Source: an uncultured Planctomycetota bacterium (GTDB lineage Bacteria; Planctomycetota; Planctomycetia; Gemmatales; Gemmataceae). Taken from it: a stretch of 64,000 nt of DNA. A program made the translations under genes and the position numbers. The stretch is from assembly GCA_963849325.1 (NCBI GenBank), contig CAWKHF010000006.1, positions 416,001 to 480,000 of the forward strand, read 5' to 3'. This document shows positions 32,727 to 45,765 of the stretch, one piece after another; positions within the stretch are counted from its first letter, which is position 1; every line of letters begins with the position of its first letter. The notes below the pieces were generated by a model. The model worked only from the letters and a program-made list of their open reading frames with translations, had not been told where the DNA came from and made no database searches.

Positions 32727-32820
32727 GCCTATCAGCCTTCTTTCTCAAGAATTTTTCGAGCCAGTTCTTGACATGGCCCGATTGCCTGGATAGGATTTAT
32801 CGAGAAAGGGGGATTTTGTC

Positions 32821-33619
32821 ATGGCGGCAAGCGAGGAAAAGAAACGCACGCGAAGCCCAGCCTACCCAAGCATTGATCTTAAGGAAGCGATCCATTACGC
32901 GGAGACGGCGTACAGCGAGGAAGACCACCACGCATTCACTCCAGAGGCGGCGGCGGAACACTGGGGCTACAAGTCCACCAGTACGCGCCGTGAGCCAAAT
33001 AATTTCGGCACTGAAGCAGTTTGGCTTGCTCATTGAAGAACACGGTAACGAGGTTCGACGGGTTCGACTATCGCCGCTAGCTCTTGATCTCATAGTCCAT
33101 GAAGACGAAAGCGATCTACAGAGGAGAGATTTGCTTAAGACTGCGGCCCTGAATCCGAAAATCCATCGAGAAATTTGGGACAAATACGGTGGCAAGTTGC
33201 CCTCCGATACTTCCCTGAGAATCTATCTTCTGCGGGAACGGGAAGGATCGCCCTTCAACAAAGATCAAGTCGATAGGTTTATCAGCCAGTTACGGGAAAC
33301 AATCGAGTTTGCAAAGCTCGCTCCGGGTGATAAAATGTCCGAAGGGGGTGCTGCTACGGTCGATTCAGTCGAGGAAGACAGCAACGGCGACGGTGACGTG
33401 GATGAAGGCAAGCAGCGCTCTCCGCAGCGGAGACGAGCGATGCAGACAGGGCTTAAAGAAGACGTTTACACATTGGATCAGGGGCAGGTCGTCGCCATCC
33501 AGTGGCCCGAAAAGATCGACGCGGGCGAGATTGAGGACGTAGCGGACTGGATGCAGTTGGTCATCAAGAAGATGAAACGCTCCGCTCAACAGGAAGAGAC
33601 AAAGGAATTTGCTGAATAA
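32821..33619 (+). CDS. Hypothetical protein, possibly winged-helix DNA-binding; frameshift near 32985
   Basis: RSPAYPSIDLKEAI then ISALKQFGLL; own promoter and RBS. Confidence 0.6.
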
Positions 33620-33889
33620 GCGGATGCGATCCACACAAGAAGTCCGGCCAAGCAGCCGGGCTTCTTCCTGCGCCTCTGCGTCCGCCCGCTCTGCGTGGCG
33701 GGCTAAGGGATCACCGGCGAGAGGTCTCAAAGTCCAGAAACGCCAATGATGCGGAGGGCGCAGTAGCAGAGGTAAGCTTGGATGGAGGAATCGCTCTTGC
33801 TGTACAGTCGTATCGGTGAGTAGACTAAGACAAAAGGAGAGCGTGGTAGCGCTCTCCTTGTCCCACACAAACCTGTTCAGGAGGTCGGT

Positions 33890-34666
33890 GTGACTACAAG
33901 TCATCCTATCGTTCGACGCCGTTTCGAGCAAGGTGTCCTTGTCTTCGACTACGGCGAAACACACGTCCGTTGCGGCGGAACTGCTGACAAGCCTTGGTTC
34001 GTCGCCAAGGACATGTGCGAGGTTCTTGGGATCTCCAACCACAGCGACGCCATCGGCGGGCTGGATGACGACGAGAAAGGTGAGGTCGCTATTGCCGACC
34101 CCATCGGCAGAAAGCAAAAGACGGCAATAGTTTACGAATCGGGTCTCTACCAACTTGTCTTCCGGTCCCGCAAACCCGAAGCCAAGGCGTTTCGCAAGTG
34201 GGTCACGTCCGAAGTCCTGCCTTCGATCCGCAAGACCGGCTCGTACCGCGCTCGGGAACGCCAACGGTATCAGCAGTTGGGTCTATCTCCTGAATGGATC
34301 GAAAAGCGCGAGGAAGGAATCGCTGCCCGGAATCAGTTCACAGACACCCTCAAAGAACATGGAGTAACGGAGGGGCGAGATTACGGTCGCATCACGAACA
34401 CGCTCTATTACCCAACGCTCGGCGGTGCGGCTGCCGCCGTCCGAAGTCGCCTAGGCATTCCCGTAAAAGCAAGCATTAGAGACAACTTGCCACTGCTGGA
34501 GTTGTTTAAGGTGGGCATGGCCGAATTGCTAGCTCAACGAAAGATCGAAGTAGAAAATCGACAAGGCTTCGATGAGTGCAATCAAGCCACGGCGATGGTG
34601 GCCAACAACGTCGCCAACGCCGTGAAGCAGACCGAAGAGGGCAAACGGCTGCCTCCTTCCGAGTGA
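33890..34666 (+). CDS. BRO-N domain (phage antirepressor-like) protein
   Basis: PWFVAKDMCEVLGISN, ESGLYQLVFRSRKPEAKAFRKWVTSEVLPSIRKTGSY. Confidence 0.92.
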   Translation: MTTSHPIVRRRFEQGVLVFDYGETHVRCGGTADKPWFVAKDMCEVLGISNHSDAIGGLDDDEKGEVAIADPIGRKQKTAIVYESGLYQLVFRSRKPEAKAFRKWVTSEVLPSIRKTGSYRARERQRYQQLGLSPEWIEKREEGIAARNQFTDTLKEHGVTEGRDYGRITNTLYYPTLGGAAAAVRSRLGIPVKASIRDNLPLLELFKVGMAELLAQRKIEVENRQGFDECNQATAMVANNVANAVKQTEEGKRLPPSE

Positions 34667-35035
34667 ATGAAAATCGGGCCGACCAGTTATGCTTGGCATA
34701 ACTGGTCGGCTCTTTCTCTTGCCGTCCGTGGATCGCCAATCCGTTGCAGCCGACCGAATTTCGTTGCAGGTGCCCAAAGCGTTGCAAAGACCCGCCATGC
34801 GATGGATGCTTGCGCGTCATCACAGCTCATCTCGCGTAAGCCGGTTGCTGGGCGCGGTGACGCCCTGGTTGAGGCATCTTCCACCTTTGTTGGCTTTGCC
34901 GTCTGCACGCTTCCCGCAGTCCTTGCTGCGAAAGCCTTATCCCGCGTCGTCCGCGCGGCCTTGTTCCGAGAGGCTGGAGAAGTTAAGTTAAATTTTCCGT
35001 CTCCGGCACTCCCCCTTCCTCATCGAGGAGAACCC

Positions 35036-37812
35036 ATGAAACGCACCTTGCTGGTCGTGCTGCCCTTGGCGGCGCTAACCCTCGGCCTGTTCGGCCACGC
35101 CGCTCCGTCGGGGCATTCGTCCGATGATCCGCCGAAGAAGTTCGAGGACTTCGACAAGGTCGTCAAGGGGGCCAAGCAATACGACGGCCTGTTCCGCCTG
35201 TTCCACAAGGACGAGCACCTGTACGCCGAGATCCGCACCGACCAGCTCGGCAAGCCGTTCCTCTGCCCCATCGCCATCGCGCGCGGCGCCGGCCTGGGCG
35301 GCTACACGCTCAACTTCGACGAGCAATGGGTGCTCCTCTTCAAGCGCGTCGGCGACAAGGTCCACCTGGTCCGCCGCAACGTCCACTTCCAGGCCAAGGC
35401 CGGCTCGCCGGCCGCTCACGCCGTCGAGACCACCTACACCGACTCGGTGCTGATGGCCCTGCCCATCAAGGCCATCAACCACGGCCACAACTCGCGTCCT
35501 GCTCGACTTCAACGACATCTTCATGACCGACTTCGCCCAGCTGAACCTGGGCTCGCTTCGACGCCAACCGCAGCACCTGGCACAAGATCAAGGCGTTCCC
35601 GCGCAACATCGAGCTGGAGGTGGCGGCCACCTTCGACGGCGGACGCGGCTTCTCGCTTCTTCGGCGACGACAGCGTCATCGACAGCCGCGGCAAGACCGT
35701 CGTCATCCACTACGGCCTGTGCCAGCTGCCCGAGCACGGCTATCAGCCGCGCCTGGCCGACGACCGCGTCGGCTACTTCCTCAGCGTCGTCAAGGACTTC
35801 AGCTCCGACAACGAGGACACGTCGTTCCTGCGCTACGTCAACCGCTGGCGGCTGGAGCGGGCCGAGCCGGTCGATCCCAAGCACCCCAACAAGCTGTCGC
35901 CGCCGAAAAAGAAGATCGTCTTCTGGATCGAGAAGTCGGTGCCCGACGAATACCGGGCGGCCGTGCGCGAGGGCATCCTCGAATGGAACAAGGCGTTCGA
36001 GAAGATCGGCTTCCGCGACGCCATCGAGGTGCGCCAGCAGGAGAACGAGGACTTCGATCCCGAGGACATCAACTACAACACGTTCCGCTGGATCACCACC
36101 GACCAGGGCTTCGCCATGGGGCCGTCGCGGGCCAACCCGCTGACCGGCGAGATCCTCGACGCCGACATCATCTTCGACGCCAGCATGGTCCGCTTCTGGC
36201 GCGAGGAGGCCAAGCTGTTCCGCGGCGACGGCAGCGCCGGCCAGCCTGATCCAGGCCACCCGCGCAGGGTTGGAGCCTGTTCGATCCGCCTGCGCGCCCG
36301 ATCGCCAGCGCGCAGGCTGTGATGGAAGGCTGGAACGATCCCAAGAAGGCGGAGCAGAACCGACTGCGCGCCCGCCTGCTGGCGACGCGGCAGGGTCTCT
36401 GCCAGTGCGGTGCCGCACATGCAGCTACGAGCTGGGCATGGCCGCCATGACGCTGGCCGCCAAGGGCGAGACCAAGCCCGGCGAGAAGCTGCCCGACGAG
36501 CTGATTCAGCAGGCCATCAAGGAAGTGACCATGCACGAGGTCGGCCACACGCTCGGCCTGCGGCACAACTTCAAGGCCAGCACCATGCTCAAGAACGAGC
36601 AGCTGCACGACACCAGCCATCACGCGCAAGCAAGGGCCTGGTCGGCTCGGTCATGGATTACGCCCCGATCAACCTCGCCCCCAAGGGCGTCAAGCAGGGC
36701 GACTACTTCAGCACGACCATCGGGCCCTACGACTACTGGGCCATCGACTACGCCTACAAGCCGCTGTCGGGCGGCACCGACGGCGAGGCTGGACAAGCTC
36801 AGGAGATCGCCACGCAAGGCGCCAAGCCCGGCCACGACTACGCGCACCGATGAGGACATGTTCAGCACGTCCGACCCGCTGGTCAACGTCTGGGACCTCG
36901 GCGCCGACCCGATGAAGTTCGCCCAGGACCGCATCCTGCTGGCCGAGGAGCTGCTCAAGGGGCTGGCCGACCGCGTCGTCGACAAGGGCGAGGGCTACCA
37001 GCGCGCCCGGCTGGCCTTCAACGTGCTGCTGGGGCAGTACGGCAACGGCGCCTACCTGATCGGCCAAGTTCATCGGCGGCGAGTACATGCACCGCGACCA
37101 CCGCGGCGACCCCAACGGCCGCGATCCGTTCGTCCCCGTCACGGCCGACAAGCAGCGCGAGGCGCTGAAGTTCTTGCAGGAGCACATCCTGTCGCGACAA
37201 GCACTTCCAGTTCTCGCCGCGGCTGCTGCGCCGTCTCGGCGCCGATCGCTGGCTGCACTGGGGCAACGAGATGGACGCGTTCGGCTCGGTCGATTACCCG
37301 CTGCACCAGCGCATCCTGAACATCCAGCGGATCGTGCTGGAGCACGTTTTCGACCGGCCGTGCTGTCGCGCATCCAGAACAACGCCGTGCAAGGCGGACA
37401 AGGACGAGAAGCCGCTGACGATCGCCGAGGTGTTCCGCGGCGTGACGGACGGCGTCTGGAGCGACGTGCCGGACAAGGACGGCAAGGAGGCCAAGCAGCC
37501 GCGTGTCCTCGTCGGTGATCCGCCGCAACTTGCAGCGCGAGCACCTGAAGAACCTGTACACCTTGGTGCTGGGCAAACGACAGCAGAACGATAGCTTCTT
37601 CTTCTTTTTCTTCGGCGGTGGCGACAGTTCGGTGCCGCCGGACGCCCGCAGCCTGGCGCGCATGCACCTGCGCGACATCGGCAAGCGCATTGACGCCACG
37701 CTCGGCGACAAGCAAGGCGACCGTGGACGACACGACCCGCGCTCACCTGGAGGAGTGCCGCGAGCGCATCGCCAAGGTGCTGGGCGCCTCGATGCAGGTG
37801 AATGAGCCGTAA
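35036..37812 (+). CDS. Zinc-dependent metalloprotease (DUF5117/DUF4953 type); many frameshifts
   Basis: Signal peptide, PRLADDRVGYF, WNKAFEKIGF, NPLTGEILDADI, HEVGHTLGLRHNF, SVMDY. Confidence 0.9.
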
Positions 37813-37870
37813 ATCGTTCGCGCCTCGCCCTCGGCTCCCCGAGGGCGAGGCCGCTTCTTGGAATCGAATC

Positions 37871-38656
37871 TCAGGGTTGTTGAGGCGGTAGCTGGCGGCG
37901 GAGCTGTTCGAGTTCTTGTCGCAGTTGCTCCACTTCCGCCTCGGCGCGACGGCGTGCATCTTCCTCCCGAGCGCGTCCTTCGTCGGCGCGTTGGCGTTCG
38001 ATCTCCGCCTGAAGACGGCCCTCATGCTCCTCGGGAGGGGTCGGCAGCCATCGCGCGGTTGCCGGATCATACAAACGCAAGAACCTGCCGCCGCGCTCCA
38101 GGTGCAGCCCCAGTCTTTCACTCGGCAGTCGTCCGTCCACGGGCTGGATCGCCTGGTACTGGCCTTCGATTAAACGATAACCCTGCAGCGATGGCTCCAT
38201 GTATTCCTCGTAGGGATCGAAGAGAAAATATTCCTTCACTCCCAGTGGGTCACGATACAGGGCCATCTTATCGTCGATGTCTTCCTCGCGCGTGGAGTCG
38301 GACGTCAACTCGATGACCACGTCGGGCACCTTGCCTCCTTCCTCCCAGACGAGATAGCTTCGTCGTTCCGGATCGGTGTGCTTGGGAACGCCGTGGACGA
38401 CGAACACATCCGGCGACAGGTGCTTCAAGCGATCGCCGGGAACGTAATAGAGGAACATATTGCCGGCGATGAACACCTGCGATTCTCGTTCGTACCACAG
38501 GCGCAGCATGTATACGAGATAGGCCAGGTTATCGGCGTGCAGAGGAGTTTCGCCCATGGGTCGTCCATCCGAATCGGGGTAATGGACGTTCGAGATGGTC
38601 CGCGCGGGAGGGACGGTTGCCTTCGTCGTCACCTTTTTTTTCACGCCCACTTGCAT
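37871..38656 (-). CDS. Uma2 family endonuclease
   Basis: YPDSDGRPMGET, PDVFVV, PDVVIELTSDST, GVKEYFLFDP, coiled-coil tail. Confidence 0.92.
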   Translation of the reverse strand: MQVGVKKKVTTKATVPPARTISNVHYPDSDGRPMGETPLHADNLAYLVYMLRLWYERESQVFIAGNMFLYYVPGDRLKHLSPDVFVVHGVPKHTDPERRSYLVWEEGGKVPDVVIELTSDSTREEDIDDKMALYRDPLGVKEYFLFDPYEEYMEPSLQGYRLIEGQYQAIQPVDGRLPSERLGLHLERGGRFLRLYDPATARWLPTPPEEHEGRLQAEIERQRADEGRAREEDARRRAEAEVEQLRQELEQLRRQLPPQQP

Positions 38657-38659
38657 GGC

Positions 38660-39268
38660 TCACCTCCGTTCGGTTCGGATGGCATTCACCGTCGTGTACT
38701 CGATGCCCAGACGACGTCCTTCTTCTTTCGCTTTCCCTTGATACAGGTTCGCCTGGGGCACATCAATCCCGGCGCTGGCGTCCTCAATGAGTAGCACACG
38801 AAAACCCGCCTGCCGTAGATCGCGAGCCGCGAAGAAACAGCAGATGTTCGCGGCCAGTCCGCACACGACGACCGTGGAGATGCCGCCGGCACGCAGCAGG
38901 TCCGCGAAGCCCGGATGCTGCGCCGTCAGGGCGTAGGCCTCGAAATCTCGATCGTAACCCTTGCGCCAGACTGCATGGAAGCGCTCGGTATGTAGGCCGG
39001 GCAGGAAGTCGGCGCCGGGCGTACCCTGGATGCAGTGCGGTGGATAAAGGTTGTCGCGCTGGCCGCGGAAGCTGCAATGATCGGGCGGATGCCAGTCCTG
39101 GCTGGCGTCGATGCGCGCCCACGGCCGTTCCAGCAAGCGATTGACGTTCGGCACGATCTCCAGTCCGCCGGGTACGGGCAACTCCGGGGGGCACAATTCC
39201 GTAAAGCCGCGCTGGGCATCGACCACCAGCAGACTGCTCGCGGCAAGGGGAATCGGCTCCACAATCAC
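38660..39268 (-). CDS. pncA: Nicotinamidase / isochorismatase family
   Basis: LLVVDAQRGF, SQDWHP, PPHCIQGTPGA, CGLAANIC. Confidence 0.85.
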   Translation of the reverse strand: MIVEPIPLAASSLLVVDAQRGFTELCPPELPVPGGLEIVPNVNRLLERPWARIDASQDWHPPDHCSFRGQRDNLYPPHCIQGTPGADFLPGLHTERFHAVWRKGYDRDFEAYALTAQHPGFADLLRAGGISTVVVCGLAANICCFFAARDLRQAGFRVLLIEDASAGIDVPQANLYQGKAKEEGRRLGIEYTTVNAIRTERR

Positions 39269-39324
39269 TCACTCTCTTACTTTTCCAGGGCGGCGAGAAC
39301 ACTCCGAGAGTCGCTAACCAAATA

Positions 39325-39412
39325 CCATTTTGACCACGGATAACACGGATGACACGGATAACGAAAACCAGAATGCTTCTTGTGTTTTATCCGTGTTATC
39401 CGTGGTCAAAAT
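39325..39412. repeat. Palindromic ACCACGGATAACACGGAT-type repeat
   Basis: CATTTTGACCACGGATAACACGGAT...ATCCGTGTTATCCGTGGTCAAAATG. Confidence 0.8.
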
Positions 39413-39463
39413 GCATTTGATTCCTGCCCCTTACGAGAAACGACTGCCGATGGAGACGATCCA

Positions 39464-42246
<2,783 letters not shown>

Positions 42247-42458
42247 GCTCGCCCGTCCACTTCACTGCAAGTCCACGAAACCCGTCCCGATTCGACGGGA
42301 CCACGTTGGCCTTATCCTATCAAAGGACGGCACGTCCTCGATACCGGGCGAGGTTTTCCTACCGAAAGGGAGCGAAGGGAGGGCGGCGAGGTTCACAGCG
42401 CAGGCGAACGGCCGGCGGGTGCCGGCCGTTCGCGGGGTTGGACGTGGCGGCGCGCCGA

Positions 42459-43541
42459 TCACGGCAGGGCGACCGTCTCCAGGTTGAGCTTCTTGTCCTG
42501 GGTCCGCATCAGCACCAGAGCATGTTCCTTGTCGAAGGCGTCCAGGTGTTCCGTCCCTTGTAGACTCTTGATCGTCTCATAGGGAAGGCCAGCCGTGCCC
42601 TTGACGGGCTTGGTAATGGCCTCGACCTTGTCGATGCCATCAGTGGGGATCTTCATGACGCCGCGCCGGTTGTTGGCCAGCAGGATGTAATCCTTGCCGT
42701 CCTTCTTGTAGACGATCATGTCCAGCGGCCGATTGCCGTTGCCCAGCTCGGCGATGGTCGTGCCCTTGACCTTGGCGCCGGGCTTGAGGTCGGCGACCGG
42801 CACCTTGACCAGCGGCGTGCAGGTGTAGGCGGCCAGCAGGTTCGCCTCGCCCTTGATCTCATAGGGCACGAAGGTACGGATGGGCGATTTCGTCTCGACC
42901 CGAGCGTGCGAGCCGTGGTAGATCTCGACGCCCGTGCCCGCGTCCACGTCCTTAAAGGGGAAGGAGAGGATACGGAAGCGCGAAGCGAACTCCTCGTTGG
43001 ACAGGCAAGCGACGTACAGCCGACCGTTGATATAGCCCATGTCGGTGATGGCTTCCTGACCGCCGCGGCCGCCGGACGGGTTGGGCAGTTTGGTGCGGGC
43101 GAAATTCACGTCCTTGAGCGATACCTCGGCGAGCTTGCCGGAGCGCTCGACACGCAGCAGAACAGGCTTGCCGTCGGCGCCCTTGCCGCGCGTCACCGAC
43201 AGGTAGGCGCTGCCCGACAGGGGATTGACGGCCAGGTCGTTGATGGCGAGTTGGCTGGACTCGATGCCCAGCAGCGAGGCGATTTTCTCATCGAGCGCCT
43301 CGACCTTGGGGCGCTCCGAGCCGGCGGCGGCGCGGTCCTGCGTGTCCACGGCGACGATGGCGGCGGTGCGCGGGTCGGCGAGGAACAGGATGCCTTCGGG
43401 TCCGAAGGTCAGGGCACCAATGGACTGTAGCTCCGGCGTCCCTTTCGTCAGGCTGTCCCTCGGGCCGGCGGCGCGGGCCGAGCCGGCGAGCAGGACGACG
43501 GCCAGCGCCAGCGGGGCGAGGCGGATTGGCGAGCAGGTCAT
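42459..43541 (-). CDS. Secreted conserved hypothetical protein (possibly beta-propeller)
   Basis: Signal peptide; EIYHGSH, LAAYTCTPLV, TIAELGNGNRPLDM. Confidence 0.7.
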   Translation of the reverse strand: MTCSPIRLAPLALAVVLLAGSARAAGPRDSLTKGTPELQSIGALTFGPEGILFLADPRTAAIVAVDTQDRAAAGSERPKVEALDEKIASLLGIESSQLAINDLAVNPLSGSAYLSVTRGKGADGKPVLLRVERSGKLAEVSLKDVNFARTKLPNPSGGRGGQEAITDMGYINGRLYVACLSNEEFASRFRILSFPFKDVDAGTGVEIYHGSHARVETKSPIRTFVPYEIKGEANLLAAYTCTPLVKVPVADLKPGAKVKGTTIAELGNGNRPLDMIVYKKDGKDYILLANNRRGVMKIPTDGIDKVEAITKPVKGTAGLPYETIKSLQGTEHLDAFDKEHALVLMRTQDKKLNLETVALP

Positions 43542-43709
43542 GCTGTCTACTCCTTGCACACGGGCGAAGCGGGGAATCGGGTGGATACGATGCTCCTTAT
43601 GATGCCGCTTCCGTGGCACAAAGCAAGTTAGAAATGGATGAAGGGCCGGGAAAAGGTTACGAAGGGAGCCTTGTCGTGACAGCGGACCTTTTGTGGACGC
43701 GGCCTCGTC

Positions 43710-44087
43710 TCAACTCACCCCCGCCAGGTCTTTGAGCTGCAGCGCCAGTTTGGCGATCACCAGTTGATTCAAACTGACGCCCTCCACGGCGGCTTCGCGT
43801 TCGAGGGCCGCGTGCAACGAACGCGGCAGACTCACGACCAAACGACCACTTCGTTTGGGCGTTGCGCCGGCCGACAAGCCGAATCGGTCCCGTGCCTCTT
43901 CCAGCAATTGCCGGATTTGTCGGTATTCTTCCGTTTGCATGAACGCTTCCCGCTCCGCGCGCGTCTCAAACGACCGAGAGACGATCCCTTCAAGCGGATC
44001 AAACAAAGCGTTGGACAAATCGGCCCAAGAGGTGACGGAGTGCGCCAACTCCTCGGCCGCACGCAGCAATTCCTCGGCTTTACTCAT
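43710..44087 (-). CDS. HicB-family RHH protein, orphan antitoxin-like
   Basis: SGRLVVSLPRSLHAALEREAAVEGVSLNQLV. Confidence 0.85.
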   Translation of the reverse strand: MSKAEELLRAAEELAHSVTSWADLSNALFDPLEGIVSRSFETRAEREAFMQTEEYRQIRQLLEEARDRFGLSAGATPKRSGRLVVSLPRSLHAALEREAAVEGVSLNQLVIAKLALQLKDLAGVS

Positions 44088-44240
44088 CGTTTCCCTTCCC
44101 CTCCCGGTATCGTGCTGCCGTCGTTGAACGTCAGGGGAATGAGGAGCGTGACCTTCTTGAGCATGTTCCCATATTACCATAGAGAGAGGCCGCCATGAAG
44201 AACTCGACCGTCCGGTTCTGCCGCTCTCTCGGAGATCGGC

Positions 44241-45722
44241 GTGGACGTGAGGTTTGAGACGAAACATCCGGGAGTGCATGTTGTGGGCGATGGCGACGGC
44301 GGCTTGCAGCGGCAGTTCGGCCTGTTGCAGGCGACGGCCCTGAACATGACCACGATCGTCGGCGCGGGCGTGTTCATCACCATCCCGCTGATGCTCGACA
44401 AAATGGCGGGACCATACGCTCTGCTCGGCTGGCTGGCCGCCGGCGTGCTGGTCCTCGTGGACAGCCTGGTCTGGAGCGAGTTGGGCGCGGCCCTGCCCGG
44501 CTCGGGCGGTTCGTACCTGTATCTGCTGGAGTGCTTCGGCCGTCCGCGTTGGGGCCGGCTGATGGCCTTCCTGTTCATCTGGCAATTCCTTCTCAGTGGG
44601 CCGCTCGAGTTGGCGTCCGGCCTCATCGCCATGGACTCGTTCTCGCAATCGCTCAGTCCGGCCTTCCAGGCGTACAACCGCGCTCACACTTTCCAATTCA
44701 TCCTCTCGGCGCGACAGGAGCTGGACCTGACCGTTAGCCCGGCTCGGCTGGGCTGCGTGGCCGTCGGCTTGCTCCTCATCGTCTTGCTGTATCGCCGCGT
44801 CGCCGTCCTTGGTCGCTTGACGGTGCTGCTCTGGCTCGGCGTCCTGGCCGTCATCGCCTGGATCGGTGTCGAGGGCATCCTGCACTTTGACGCGGCACGG
44901 GCGTTCGATTTCAGCCAGCCCGGGCCGGCGAACCCGGGGACCGCGCTGGGCGCGGTGATGATCCTGGCGCTGTACTCGTACCTGGGTTATTACAACATCT
45001 GCTATGTCGGCGAGGAGGTCCGCGATCCGGGACGGACGATCCCGCGCGCCATCCTGCTCAGCGCCGTCCTGGTGTGCGTGCTGTTCGCCGGTCTGCACCT
45101 GGCCATGCTGGGAACGGTGCCGTGGACCGAGGCGCTGGCCGGGCGCCAGACGTGGAAGGATGAGTACAGTCTGCCGGCGGACTTCATGGGACGCATTCAT
45201 GGGCCGTGGGCGGTGCGGCTGGTCACGGTGCTGCTGATGGGCAGTTGCTTCGGTTCCGCCTTCGCCGGACTGCTGGGCTATTCGCGCATCCCCTACGGGG
45301 CGGCGCGGGCCGGACATTTCTTCGAGGCGGTCGGGCGCGTCCATCCTCGGCATCGCATCCCGCACGTGTCGCTGCTGCTGGTCGGCGCACTGACGCTGTT
45401 CTGGAGTTTCTTCGATCTGCAAAACGTCATCAACGCCCTCATCACCACCCGCATCCTCGTGCAATTCCTGGGGCAGATCGTCGGCGTCTTTCTGCTGCGG
45501 CGATCGCAACCGAATCGGCCGCGACCGTTCCGCATCTGGTTCGCCCCGTTGCCGTGCGGCCTGGCGCTGGCCGGCTGGCTGTACGTCTTCGCGGCGTCGG
45601 GAACCTTGTATGTCGTGTTGAGTGTGCTGGTGCTGCTGGCCGGGACGGCCGCCTTCCTGTTCTGGTCGGGGCGCACCGGAGGCTGGCCGTTCGCCGACAG
45701 AGGGCCGAAGGTGGTACAATAG
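44241..45722 (+). CDS. APC family amino acid permease
   Basis: IVGAGVF, ELGAALPGSGGSY, GEEVRDPGRTIPRAI; polytopic. Confidence 0.92.
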   Translation: MDVRFETKHPGVHVVGDGDGGLQRQFGLLQATALNMTTIVGAGVFITIPLMLDKMAGPYALLGWLAAGVLVLVDSLVWSELGAALPGSGGSYLYLLECFGRPRWGRLMAFLFIWQFLLSGPLELASGLIAMDSFSQSLSPAFQAYNRAHTFQFILSARQELDLTVSPARLGCVAVGLLLIVLLYRRVAVLGRLTVLLWLGVLAVIAWIGVEGILHFDAARAFDFSQPGPANPGTALGAVMILALYSYLGYYNICYVGEEVRDPGRTIPRAILLSAVLVCVLFAGLHLAMLGTVPWTEALAGRQTWKDEYSLPADFMGRIHGPWAVRLVTVLLMGSCFGSAFAGLLGYSRIPYGAARAGHFFEAVGRVHPRHRIPHVSLLLVGALTLFWSFFDLQNVINALITTRILVQFLGQIVGVFLLRRSQPNRPRPFRIWFAPLPCGLALAGWLYVFAASGTLYVVLSVLVLLAGTAAFLFWSGRTGGWPFADRGPKVVQ

Positions 45723-45765
45723 ACGATGATCCGGCGTCCAGAAGGATCGACGCGGAGGAGGACGC

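Larger units (their letters stand above)
31077..34791. mobile_element. Transposon 2 (related SWIM-DDE element in tandem with element 1)
   Basis: Left end repeats element 1's left end; right end has three CGTTGCA repeats; followed by CCGCCATGC at 34792-34800. Confidence 0.8.

Noticed and set aside
33890-34666. BRO-N gene as evidence of a prophage
   Set aside because: No capsid, terminase, tail or integrase genes nearby.
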